64,000 bases of DNA from the human T2T-CHM13v2.0 reference genome, Homo sapiens. The translations under genes and the position numbers were made by a program. The notes beneath the pieces are model-generated. The model made no database searches. It saw only the letters and a program-made list of their open reading frames with translations, and was not told the DNA's origin. The stretch lies in the NCBI RefSeq assembly GCF_009914755.1, contig NC_060948.1, one strand, 5' to 3'. Shown one piece after another: positions 28,801 through 42,397 of the stretch (the first letter of the stretch is position 1; each line of letters starts with the position of its first letter).

Positions 28801-31800
28801 AAAATCAACAGAGTATACAATTCTTCTCAGTGCCACATGGCACTTATTCTAAAATCAACCACATGATTCGAAGTAAAACACTCATCAGCAAATGCAAAAG
28901 AATTGAAATCATAACAGTCTCTCAGACCACCGTGCAATCAAATTAAAACTCAGGATTAAGAAACTCACTCAAAACTGCACAACTACATGAAAACTGAACA
29001 AACTGCTCCTGAATGACTCCTGGGAAAATAATGAAATCAAGGCAGCAATCAAGAAGTTCTTTGAAACCAGTGAGAACAAAGAGACAACATACCAGAATCT
29101 CTTGGACACAGCTAAAGTAGTGTTAAGAGGGTAATTTATAGCACTAAATGCCCACATCAGAAAGTTAGAAAGATCTCAAATCAACACCCTAACATTACAA
29201 TAAAAAGAGGCACAGAAGCAAGAATAAACAAATCCAAAAGCTAGCAGAAGACAAGAAATAATTAAGATCAGAGCAGAACTGAAGGAGATAGAGACACAAC
29301 AATCCCTCCAAAACATCAATGAATCCAGGAGCTAGTTTTTCAAAAAAAAAATTAACAAAATAGACAGACCACTAGCTAGACTAATAAAGAAGAAAAGTAT
29401 CAAATAGACACAATAAAAAATGATAAAGAGGATATCACCCCGACCACAAAGCAATACAAACTACCATCAGAGAATACTATAAATACTTCTATGCAAATAA
29501 ACTAGCAAACCGAGAAGAAATGGATAAATTCCTGGACACATACACCCTCCCAAGAGTAAACCAGGAAGAAGTAGAATCCCTGAATAAACCAATAACAAGT
29601 TCTGAAATTGAGGCAGTAATTAAAAGCTTACCAACCAAAAAAAAAGCCCAGGACCAGATAAATTCAAAACTGAATTCTACCAGAGTTACAAAGAGGAGCT
29701 GGTACCATTCCTTCTGAAACCATTCCAAACAATTGTAAAGGAGGGACTCCTCCCTAACTCATTTTATGAGGCCAACATCATCCTGATACCAAAGCCTGGC
29801 AGAGGCACAACAAAAAAAGAAAACTTCAGGCCACTATCTCTGATGAACATCAATGCAAAGATCCTCAAAAAAATACTGGCAAACCAAACCTAGCAGGACA
29901 TCAAAAAGTCTATCCACCACAATCAAGTCGGCTTCATCCCTGGGATGCAAGGCTGATTCAACATACACAAATCAACAAACATAATCCATCAAATAAATGA
30001 ACCAATGACTAAAACCACATGATTATTTCAACAGATGCAGAAAAGGCCTTTGATAAAATTCAACATTCCTTCATGATAAAAACTCTCAATAAACTAGGTA
30101 TTAATAGAACATATTTCAAAATAATAAGAGCTATTTATGACAAATACACAGCCAATATCATACTCAATGGGCAAAAGCTGGAAGCATTCCCTTTGAAAAC
30201 CAGCATAAGACAAGGATGCCCTCTCTCACCACTCCTATTCAACATGGTGTTGGAAGTTCCAGCTGGAGAAATCAGGCAAGATAAATAAATAACGGTATTC
30301 AAATAGGAAGAGAGAAAGTCAACTTGTCTCTGTTTGCAGACAACATGATTCTATATTTAGAAAACACCATCGTCTCAGCCCCAAAACTACTTAAGCTGGT
30401 AAGCAATTTCAGCAAAGTCTCAGGATACAAAATCAATGTGCAAAAATCACAAGCATTCCTATACACCAACAACAGACAAGCAGAGAGCCAAATCATGAAT
30501 GAACTCCCATTCACAATTGCTATGAAGAGAATAAAACACCTAGGAATGCAGCTAACAAGGGATATGAAGGATCTCTTCAAGGAGAACTGCAAACCATTGC
30601 TCGAGAAATAACAGAGGACACAAACAAAAGGAAAAACATTCCAGACTCATAGATAGGAAGAATCAATATCGTGAAAACGGCCATACTGCCCAAAGTAATC
30701 TATAGATTCAATTCTGTTCCCATTAAACTACCATTGACATTCTTTACAAAATTAGCAAAAACTACTTTAAATTTCATATGGAACCAAAAAAGAGCCCTTA
30801 TAGCCAAGACAATCTTAAGCAAAAACAAACAAACAAAAAACAAAAAACAAAAAAAACAAAGCTGGAGGCATCATGCTACCTGACTTCAAACTATACTACA
30901 AGGCTACAATAAGCAAAACTTCGTGGTACTGACATACAATGGAATAGAATAGAGACCTCAGAAATACCACCACACATCTACAACCATCTGATCTTTGATG
31001 AACCTGACAAAAATAGGAATTGGGAAAAGGATTCCCTATTTAACAAATGGTGCTGGGAAAACTGGCTAGCCATATGCAGAAAAGTCTTGATTAAAGACTT
31101 AAATATAAAACTCAAAATCATAAAAAACCCAAAAAGAAATCTTAGGCAATACCATTCAGGACATAGGCATGGGCAAGGACTTCATGATGAAAACGCCAAA
31201 AGCAATTGCAACAAAAGCCAAAATTGACAAATGGGATCTAATTAAGCTAAAGAGCTTCTGCACAGCAAAAAAAAAACTATCATCAGAGTGAACAGGCAAC
31301 CCATTGAATGGGAGAAAATTTCTGCAATCTACCCATCTGACAAAGGTCTAATATCCAGAATCTGCAAGGGACTCACACAAATTTACAAGAAAAAAACCAA
31401 ACAACCCCATCAAAAAGTGGACAAAGGATATGAATCTGCAAGGAACTCACACATATTTACAAGAAAAAAAAACAAACAACCCCATCAAAAAGTGGACAAA
31501 AGATATGAACAGACACTTCTCAAAAGAAGACATTTATGCAGCCAACAACCTTATGAAAAAAAGATCAACATTGCTGATTGTTAGAGAAATACAAATCAAA
31601 ACCACAATGAAATACCATCTCACACCAGTCAGAATGGCGATTATTAAACAGTCAACAAACAATAGATGCTGGAGGCTGTGGAGAAATAGGAATGCTTTGA
31701 CACTGTTGGTGGGAATGTAAATTAGTTCAACCATTGTGTAAGACAGTGTGGCGATTCTTCAAGGATCTAGATCTAGAAATACCATTTGATCCAGCAATCC

Positions 31801-32309
31801 CAATACTGGGTATATACCCAAAGGAATATAAATCATTCTACTATAAAGACACAAGCACACATATGTTTATTGCAGCACTGTTTACAATAGCAAAGACATG
31901 GAACCAACCAAAATGCCCATTGATGATAGACTGGATAAAGAAAATGTGGTACATATACACCATGGAATGCTATGCAACCATAAAAAAGAAGGAGCTCATG
32001 CAGGAATATAGATGAAGCTGGGGGCCATTACTTTAGCAAACTAATACAGGAACAGCAAACCAAATATCGTGTGTTCTCACCTGTAAGTGAGAGCTAAACA
32101 AGGAGAACTTCTGGACACATAGAGGGGAACAAGAGACACTGGGGCCTACTGGAAGGTGGAGGGTGGGAGGAGGGAGAGGATCAGCAAAAATAACTAATAG
32201 GTACTAAGCATAATTCCCGGGTGATAAAATAATCTGTACAACAAACACCCATGACACAAGTTTACCTATATAACAAACCTCCACATGTACCTCTGAACTT
32301 AAAAGTTAA
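25867..32309 (+). mobile_element. Full-length-like L1PA8/8A-class LINE-1 (5' UTR, decayed ORF1 ~27170-28180, decayed ORF2 ~28241-32097) ending in an L1PA13-type 3' UTR
   Basis: New 5' end ggggcagggccaagatggcc at 25867; ORF1 remnant 27641-28117; EN 28241-28666; RT fragments 30019-30611; many stops and indels. Confidence 0.9.
31358..31506 (+). repeat. Tandem duplication, 2 x ~74 bp, inside L1 ORF2
   Basis: gaatctgcaag..actcacac..ccccatcaaaaagtggacaaa.gatat begins at 31358 and again at 31432. Confidence 0.93.
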
Positions 32310-32310
32310 G

Positions 32311-32541
32311 AAAAAATCAAAAGAAGGACAATGTTTTGTGATATGTGAAAATTAAGTGAAATTTCAGTGTCCATAAATGAAGTTTTATTAGAACAAAGCC
32401 ACAGCCATTCATTTATGTAATGCCTATTGCTGCTTTCACACTACAGTGGCAGGATGACTACTTGCAATAGAAACCATATGGTTCAACAATCATAAATTAT
32501 TTACTATCTGCCTTTTTACAGAAAAAAAAAGCCAACTCCTG
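32311..32541 (+). mobile_element. MER58B (hAT-Charlie) right part
   Basis: aaaatcaaaagaag...tttcagtgtccataaatgaagttttattagaac...tttacagaaaaa..gccaactcctg matches the MER58B 3' portion. Confidence 0.85.
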
Positions 32542-33201
32542 CTGTAGATCACTCACACTGGAGGAATGTGTGGCTAAAAGAGGGGATACATTTCCCATAA
32601 GACTCAAGGAACACTCATTATCCATTCTTAAGAGAAAATGATAGGGGTTTAACAAGTGATGTGAATGAAACAAAATAGTATCTATGGATTCCCTTTTGGA
32701 ATTTGGAGGAAGAATAATTTTCCAATTTTAGGCATTAAATCCCTGTGAGCATGTGTTTCTGAGTACTATGGTTCTTATGTCAAACATTGCATAAGGGTAG
32801 GGCACAGGTAGAAAGGAGAAAAGAAAACTTTTACTCTATTACCTGTTTTCTTCTCCATGTGTCATGTGAGAATAGAAGCTATATCTCCTTCAAGATGAAC
32901 ATAGTTATTACCTGGGGGTTCTATTCCCTGTTCCCTGATTAGAAGGTAAATGCTGGGAGGAAAATTGCTACTCTGATGCCATAAAGGGACGCTTCTAGAC
33001 TAAAAGGAAAGAATTGTATCCACTTGCAATTTAGCCTATCTTTCTTCATCTTTTGCCCTGTCTTCTTTGGGAATGTGAATGTGATGACTGTTTATTCTAC
33101 ACAATCATAAGGGATACATATTGCCATTTTAGTGGCTATGTTTTGCATTTTGTTAAGGTACACGTTTTAAATTTCTTCCTTGTGCTAAAATATCCAGTAT
33201 T

Positions 33202-33250
33202 TGTGTGTATGTGTATATATACACACACACACAGCACCCACACACATAGT
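33202..33250. repeat. Short compound (TG)/(TA)/(CA) microsatellite
   Basis: tgtgtgtatgtgtatatatacacacacacacagcacccacacaca. Confidence 0.7.
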
Positions 33251-34479
33251 GTATGACACATATAATGTGCCTTATTTGCATATTATATTTATGTATGAAT
33301 GTGTCTCAATGATAGTGTCATTTTTATAATAATATGATAATATATTGGTATGATCTAATAATTTAGCTTCCTTATTTCATTGGAATACAATTACCAAGGG
33401 GCTTATTGGCCTGTAAAAGAAAACTCCTAGTCGGGATCTAAATGCATTTACAGTAGCCAAATTTACATCTACCAGCTATCTAGACGTCAAATAATATAGA
33501 ACATAGGGGGCCGAAGCAATTTTTACTGATTGTTTCTTAACTGAAGGATAGGACATATGCAGAACAGTTAAATAGCCCTAGGGTCCATGTTTATTATGGC
33601 CAAGAAAGAGAAACGGTAGTCATAAATTAAGTTTATTACATCTTATATATAGCATAGCAAGAGAAGCATGAAAGTAATACCGTATCACTCTCCTTTTCAC
33701 CAATGCATGAATATTAGATTTATGAATTATGCTTAGTAGTTAGTCCATGCATAAAAAAGCATTATAAAATACATATAATATTGCAATATAGCTGCAAAAA
33801 TATAGTTAAGTATCTGAAATTCACTTATATAAACAAAACTATAATAATCCAGTGGGAACTGACTTAATATTCAATGTTTCAGCCAGGACACGAGATCTAA
33901 GTTATTGTTACAAATGTGTACATGACCATTGTCATGTCATTGAATTGCAAGAAAATTCAATTTATTATGTCATTTTCTTTCCATCTGAATTAGGCATATT
34001 TTATATTTGATGTTTTCTTGCTAAAAAGCATTTATAGGCTTTCTCCATTTGACTTTATTTTCTTTCTTTCAATTTGTCATAGATGAGTCCATACTGTGAA
34101 CTTTTTAATTAAATTTTTTAATGATGCTTGTCCCAGCTTTCTAAATATCTAATCTTACCCTTAAGAGTTTAACTTACCATTTAAGTTTAGAGTTTTCTAA
34201 ATATTATTATTTAATTGTCTTATAGTGGCAAGTGTAATGCTCCCTGCATAGTCAGTGTCATCAAAAGCTTATTAACTAAGAGAAACAAAGGTAAGTGTTA
34301 AAATTTAAAGATCACACAGTGAGGGAAGTCTTGGAAAATTGGCAGAAACCTCTCCAAAGTATATCTGTGGGTAATATTACATACTTCATATTCTGTAAGA
34401 TGGTGACAGTAAGGATTAGGACAGATTTGAAGGTTTGATCCTTATTTATAAGCTTCTTGCTTGTGAATAGAAGTCAGAC

Positions 34480-34915
34480 CTACAATTTATTAACTTACCT
34501 TCTTCACTATTTCTACACTGGTCCAAGTCACCATTATCTTTCACCTGAATTATTCCAATAGTCTCTATAATTGTCTCCTGTTTTCACATCTTCTTTATCA
34601 CACTGTCTTCTCAATATAGCTGGGAGAGGTTCTATTAAAGGAAGTCAGCTAATTCCTCTTTTCAAATCTCCAAAGTCTGCTTCTCATTTAGAGTAAAACC
34701 CAAGGTCCTTACAGTGGTCTACAAGGCCCTACGAGATCTTCCTTCAGGTCTACCATTTCTTTTCCTACTACTTTCTCCCTCACTCAAACTAGCTTCTTTG
34801 CTCTTCTCTATGAATTGCCATTTATAAGTGATTATCACATTTCATTTTTAAAATACCATGAAGCCCAGATACTCATGAATTACTCTCTACTTGTTTGCCC
34901 TCTGAATACTTTCTC
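34480..34915 (+). mobile_element. L2 relic
   Basis: ctggtccaagtcaccattatctttcacctgaattattccaatagtctc...agagtaaaacccaaggtccttacagtggtctacaaggccct is typical L2 sequence. Confidence 0.75.
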
Positions 34916-36042
34916 TAGGACTCACCAGGTACAAACATTGGTACAAAGGAGGCCAAAAACACAGCAATAACAGAAACAGCAAAGACAAGCTCTCTTTGTT
35001 CTCCTTCTGAGATTTTTTGCTAAAACTGCAAATTGTGCCAGGTTGGAAGGAAGAATCAATGACCCATCATGAGCAATGTACACACACTCTTGGTTTTGCC
35101 ATTTTCTTGTCTTTTTGTTGGGCCAGAAGGATACCATTGAAAATTACTGCTTCAGTGCTTTAAAGAGTTAATGTAGCTTCCAGAAAGGCTTATTACACTC
35201 CCCAGGAGTAGCTTATGCATTATGAGAATGTGACTCAGTTTGTTGGCAAAATGCACATCTGCTACAGGACAGGGACAACTGCTGATTAAAGGAGACTTCA
35301 GTGGCCCTAGTCTTTAAGAGCAAGTTGACTGATGGCAAAGTTTTCGAAGATTATATCTAAAGTCCAGTGTCCCTTTTATCACCACCTCCCGTGGGTAATG
35401 ATTGAACATAATTAGCATTATTTTATATGCTCGAATCCTTCTCCCATTACTGTTAACTGTCTTTCTATCGCAGTTTATTGGATTGCCACTGAACTCAATT
35501 TCACTTTGGGCATTCAAGTGAGGCTGAAATTTCTCCCTCTTTCTAGTTAAAATATGTGACATCATCAGAAGTTGGAGGAAATCAGGCATTTATAATGAAT
35601 ATGAGATTGTAGAGCTCCCAATGTAATTAAGATTCTTTTGTCAAAATTTATCTAAATTCACCAGATATGAAAGACTACCACACACACTTCCTTTAGTTTA
35701 CCAATATAATCCTAGTACAGGTGAGTTGTTGTTTAGGCTTATAGTAGCATATGCTGTTTTAGGAAACTTTTTGCAAAGAAATGGGGGAGAGGGAGTACAT
35801 TTCAAAATTGTTTTGAACATTAGGTAGTACAAAATATTTCTAAAAATAAAGAGAAGCTTTTTGGATTTTAGAAATGTTGCTTAATGAACATTGCATTTGA
35901 ACATAATTTTTCATAATTTAAAACCTTATTATATCACCTATTACATAAAGAGAAATCTTAATTGATTTGTCCATTTCAGATGGGGGTGTTGATTGATATT
36001 AGAAATTCAGGCCAATAAGACGCAAAGAGAAACAATAAGTAG

Positions 36043-36383
<341 letters not shown>

Positions 36384-38950
36384 TGAGTGGTTTTACAATA
36401 TTATAATATTTTCTGGTTGGGCAAAGATTTTTTATTTTAGTTTTTTTTTAATTTTTAATTTTTGTGGGTATATATTAGGTATATATATTTATGAGGTAGA
36501 TGAGATACTTTGATACAGGTGTGCAATGCATAATAATTACATCAAAATAGGGCATCTATCCCCTCAAGCACTTATGCTTTGTGTTACAAACAATCCAGTT
36601 TCACTTTACGTTATTTTAAAATGTACTATTTAATTATTATTGACTATAGTCACCCTGCTGTGCTAGAAAATACTAGGTCTTATTCATTCTTTCTATTTTA
36701 TTTTTTACCCATTACCCATCCCCATCTCCCCCAACCCTCGAACTACTCTCCCCAGCCTCTGGTAACCATCTGTCTACTCTCAATGTCCATGAGTTCAATT
36801 GTTTTCATTTATAGATCCCACAAAGAAGTGAAAACATGAAAAGTTTGTCTTTCTGTGCCTGGCTTATTTCACTTAACCCAATGATCTTCATTTCCATCCA
36901 TGCTGTTGCAAATGACAGGATCTCAGCCTTTCTATGATTGAATATCATTGTGTATATGTATGACTTTCTTTTATCCATTCGTCTGTTGATGGACACTTAG
37001 ATTGCTTTCAAGTCTTGGCTATGGTGAACAGTGCTGCAACAAACATGGGGGTGCAGATATCACTTCATTATACTGGTTTCCTTTCTTTGGGGTATATATG
37101 CAGCAGTGGGATGGCGGGATTGTATGGTAGCTTTATATCTAGTTTTTTGAGGAACCTCCAAACTTTTCTCCATAGTGATTGTACTAATTTACATTCCCAC
37201 TAACAGGGTACAAGAGTTCCCTATACTCCACATCCTAACCAACATTTGTTATTGCCTGACTTTAGATATTTCATTTTAATTGGGGTGACATTATATCTCA
37301 TTGTAGTTTTGATTTACATTTGTCTAACAATCAACGTTGAGCAACTTTTCATATACCTGTTTGCTATTTATATTTCTGGTTTTTAGAAATATCTATTGAA
37401 ATCTTTTGCCCATTTTTAATCAGATTATTAGATTTTTTTTCCTATAGAGTTGTTTAACCTCCTCATATGTTCTGGTTATTAATCCTTTATCAGATGTGTA
37501 GCTTTTAAATATTTTCTCCCATTCTGTGTGATGTCTCTTCACTTGGCAAAATGTTTTCTTTGCTGCATAGAAGCTTTTTAACTTGATATGATGCCATTTG
37601 TCCATTTTTGCTTTGGTTGCCTTGGCTTGTAGGGTATGACTCAAGAAATTTTTGCCCAGACCAATGTCCTGGAGCATATCTTCAATGTTTTCTTGTGTTC
37701 ATTTCATAATTTCATGTCTTAGATTTAAGCCTAATTCATTGTGATTTGACTTTTTTGTATATGGTGAGAGACAGGGATCTAGTTTCATTCTTCTGCACAT
37801 GGATATCCAGTTTTCCCAACATCAGTTACTGAAGCGACTGTCTTTGCCCCAGAGTATGTTCTTGGCACCTTTGTTGAAAACGAGTTCACTGTAGGTGTAT
37901 GGATTTATTTCTCGGTTCTCTATTCTGTTCCACTGATCTATGTGTCTGTTTTTAATGTCAGTGCATGCCATTTTTGTTACTATAGCTTTGTAGTAAAATT
38001 TAAAGTCATGTAATGTTATTCCTCCGGTTTTATTCTTTTTTCTCAAGATAGCTTTGTTTACTCTGGGTGTTTGGTGTTCGCATATAAATTTTAAGATTTT
38101 TAAAAATTATTTCTGTGAAGAATGTCATTGGTATTCTTTTAGGGATTTCGTTGAATCTGGAGATTGCATTGAGTAGTGTGGCCATTTTAACAATATTCGT
38201 TCTTCCAATTCATTAACATGGAATGTCTTTCCATTTTTGTGTCCTCTACAGTTTTTTCCAGCACTGTTTTATAATGTTCATTGTCTTGATTTTTCAGTTC
38301 TTCGGTTAGGTTAATTCCTCGGTATTCACTTTTATTTGTGGCTATTGTAAATGGGCTTACTTTTTTTTCCTTTTTACATTGGTCACTGCTAGCATATAGA
38401 AATGCTACTGATTTTTCCATGTTTATTTTCTATCCTGCAATTTTACTAAATTTGTTTACCAGTTGTACGAGTGTTCTTGTGGGGTCCTTAGGTTTTTCCA
38501 AGTATAAGATCATATCATCAGCAAACCAAGATAATTTTACTTCTTCCTTTCCAATTTGGATGCCCTTTATTTCTTTCTCTTGTTTAATTGCCCTAGCTAG
38601 GACTTTCAGTGCTATGTTGAATAACAATGGTTAAAGTGGGTATCCTTGTTGTGTTCCAGATGTTGGAGGAAAGGCTTTCAGTTTTTTTCCCATTCAGTAT
38701 GATACTCAATGTGGGCCTGTTGTATATGCCTTTTATTATATTGAGGTATGTTTCTTCTATCTCTAGTTTTTTCAGGGTTTTTATCATGAAGGGATGTTGA
38801 ATTTTATCAAATACTTTTCTGGGATCAGTTGAAATGATCATATAGTTTTGTCCTTCATTCTGTTGCTATGATGTACCACATCAATTGATTTGCATATGTT
38901 GAATAATTCTTGAATCCCTATGATAAATCCCACTTGACCATGATAAATGA

Positions 38951-39200
38951 TTTTTTTTTTTGAGGCTAATGCAATGACGGCTCACTGCTGTCTCAACTTC
39001 CTGGGCTCATGTGATTCTCCCATCTCAGCCTCCCAAGGAACTGGGACTACAGGTGTTCGCCACCATGCCTGGCTACATTTTTGTAGCTATAGGGTTTCTC
39101 CATGTTGCCCAGGCTGGTCTTGAACTCCTGGGCTCAAGCGATCTGCTCACCTCAGCCTCCCAAAGTACTGGGATTTTAGGCATAAGTCACTGGGCCCAGC
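38951..39200 (-). mobile_element. AluJ-like SINE with internal deletions
   Basis: Shortened diverged Alu; aaatgat on both flanks. Confidence 0.85.
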
Positions 39201-42200
39201 AAATGATCAGTTTAAATGTATTGTTGGATTAAGTTTGCTAGTATTTTATTGAGGATTTTTGCATCAATATTCATCAGAGGTATTGGCTTGTAGTTTTCTT
39301 TCTTCACATGTCTTTGCTTTTGGTATGAGAGTAATACTGGCCTCATAGAATGAATTTGGAAGTATTCCCTTCTGCTTTATTCTTTGGAGTAGTTTGAGTA
39401 GGATTGGCATTAGTTCTTCTATAAATGTTTGGTAGAATTCAACAGTGAAGCCATTGGGTCCCAGGCCTTTTTTTTTTTTTTCTAGAAACTTCATATTATT
39501 GTTTTGTTCTTATTACTTGTTAGTGGTCTTTTCAGGTTTTGGATTTCTGCGTGCTTCAATGTTTGTAGGTTGTATGTGTCTATGAATTAATTTGTTTCTT
39601 CTAGGTTTTCCTTTATAGACACAGAGTAGCTCATAATCCTTTAAATTAGTCCTTTAAATAATCCTTTAAATTACTGTGGTTTCAGTCATAATGTCTCCTT
39701 TTTCATCTCTGATTTTGTATATTTGTGTCTTCTCTCTTTCTTCTCAGTTTGCCTAAAAGTTTGTCAATTATGTCTTCAAAAAGCCAACTTTTCATTTCTT
39801 TGATCTTGTGTATCATTTCCTTATTTCAATTTCATTTATTTCTCCTCCAATCTTTATTATTTATTTTCTTCTACTAATGTTGAGTTTGGTTTGCTCTTGT
39901 TTTTCCAGTTTTTTAAGATGCATAGTTAGGTTATGTATTTGAAGTTTTTCTTTTTCTTTTTTTTTTTAAATGTAAGCACTTACAGCTATAAACTTTCCAC
40001 TTAGGAGTACTTTTGCTGTTCCCATAGGTTTTGATATGTTGTGTTTTTATTATCATTTGTTTTAAAACATCTTTCAATTTTCTTCTTAATTTCTTCATTG
40101 ACTCACTGGTAATTCAGCATTTTATTTAATTTCCCTGTGTTTGTATAGTTCCCAAATACCTCTTGTTATTGATTTCTAGGCTTATCAAATGGTGTTTTTA
40201 GAAGATGCTTGATATGATTTCAACTTTTTGGATGTTTAAAGACCCATTTTGTGACTTAAGGTATGGTCTATCCTTGAGAATGATCCATGTGCTGAAGAAA
40301 AGGATGCGTATTATGCAGCTGTTGGATGAAATGTTCTGTAAATATCTATTAGGTCCACTTGCTCTATAGTGCAGATTAAGTCAGATGTTTAATTTGCTGC
40401 CTGAAAGATCTGTCCAGTGCTAAAAGTGGGGTGCTGAAGTCTCCAGCTATTATTGTGTTGGGGTCTATTACTCTCTTTAACTCTAATATTTTTTATATAT
40501 ATTTGGGTGCTCCAGCATTGGGTGAATATTTATTTACTATTGTTATATCCTCTTTCTGAATTGACTACTTTATCATTATACTATAACCTTCTTTGTCTCT
40601 TTTTTCAGTTTTTGCCTTGAAATCCATTTTGTCTGATATCAGTATAGCTACTCCTGCTCTTTTTTGGTTTCCGTTGACACAGAATATCTTTTTTCATTTT
40701 GTAAATTTTCAGTCTGTGTGTACGTTTATAGATGAACTATGTTTATTGTAATCAACACATCATTGGGAATTGCTTTTTTTATCCATTCAGCTGTTTTATG
40801 CCTTTTGAATGGAGAGTTTAGTCTATTTATATTCAATGTAATTATTGATAAGTAAAGACTTACTCCTTCCTTTTTGTTATTGGTTTTCTGTTTGTTTTGT
40901 GGTCTTTTCTTCCTTTTCTTCATCCTTCCTGTCTTACTTTTACTGAAGGTGATTTTCTCTGGTGGCAAGATTTAATTTCTTGGTCTTTAATTTTTGTATA
41001 TCCATTTTAGTGTTGTTTTTTGAGATTACCATGAGGCTTGCAAATATCATCTTATAACCCATTATTTTAAGCTGATAACACCTTAACATTGTTTGCATAA
41101 ACAAACAAGCAAAAATAAAACTAATAAAAACTTTACACCTTAACTTTGTTTCCCTAGTTTTTAACTTTTTTGTTTCTGTTTATATCTTATTATACTGTCT
41201 TGTAATTATTATTTTTGAGTGGTTAATTGTTTAGACTTTCTACTTAGGATAACAGTAGTTTATACACCACAGTTACAGTGTTATATTATTCTGTGTTTTT
41301 CTGTGTGCTTACTGTCACCAGTGAGTTTTATACCTTAGGATGATTTCTTCCTGCTCATTAATGTCCTTTTCTTTCAGGTTGAAGCATTCCCTTTAGCATT
41401 TCTTGTAGCACGTATCTGGTGTTTATGAAATTCCTCAGCTTTTGTTTCTCTGGGAAAATATTTATTTCTCCTTCATGCTCCAGGGATATTTTTGCCAATT
41501 TTTGCTATTATCTGGTAAAAGTTTTTTCCTTCAGCACTTTAAATATGTCCTGACTATCTCTTCTGGCCTGTAAGGTTTCGACTGAAAAGTTTGCTGCCAG
41601 ATGTAATGGAGCTTTGTTGTATGTTATTTGTTTCTTCTCTCTTGCTGCTTTTAGGTTCTTTTCCTTAGAATTGACCTTTGGGAAGTTGATTATTAAATGC
41701 CTTGAGGTAGTCTTCTTTAGGTTAAATCTGCTTGGTGTTCTATAACTTTCTTGTACTTGAATGTTGATATCACTCTCTAGGTTTGAGAAATTTCCTGATA
41801 TTATCCATTTAAATATACTTTCTACCCCTATCTGTTTCTCTACCTCCTTTTGAAGGCCAATAACTCTTATATGTGCCCTTTCGAGGTTATTACCTAGATA
41901 GCAATAGCTTTCAAGTGTGCTTTATGCTTTCATATTCTTTTTTCTTTTATCTACGTTGACTTTTCAAATAGCCTGTCTTTACGTTCACTAATTATTTCTT
42001 CTGCTTGATTAATTCTGCTGTTAAAAGAGTCGATGCATTCTTTAGTATGCCAATTTCAATTTTCAACTCCATAATTTCTGCTTGATACTTTTAAATTATT
42101 GCTATCTCTTTGTAAGTTTATCTGATAGAATTCTAAATTCATACTCTGTGCTATCTTGAATCTCTTTGAGTTTTCTCAAAGCAGATATTTTGAATTATCT

Positions 42201-42397
42201 GTCTCAAAGGGCATATATCTCTGTTTCTTCAGGATTGATCTGTGATGTTTTATTTAGTTCCTTTGGTGAGAATATGTTTTCCTGGAGGTTACTGATGCTC
42301 GTAGATGTTTGTTTATGTCTGTGTATTGAGGAGTTAGGTGTTTATTGTACTCTTCACAGTCTGGGATTCTGTTTCCCATCTTTCTTCTGATGGTCTT

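Noticed and set aside
25867-32309. Potentially active full-length L1
   Set aside because: ORF1 and ORF2 carry many stops, deletions and a duplication.
34499-34630. Minus-strand exon-like segment ending AAG|gtaagt
   Set aside because: Lies within an L2 relic, and several similar donors occur nearby (~34155, ~34172), showing how often such motifs arise by chance.
39633-39673. Three copies of a ~12-13-bp unit (tcctttaaat)
   Set aside because: Local slippage triplication inside an L1; not a CRISPR-like or functional array.
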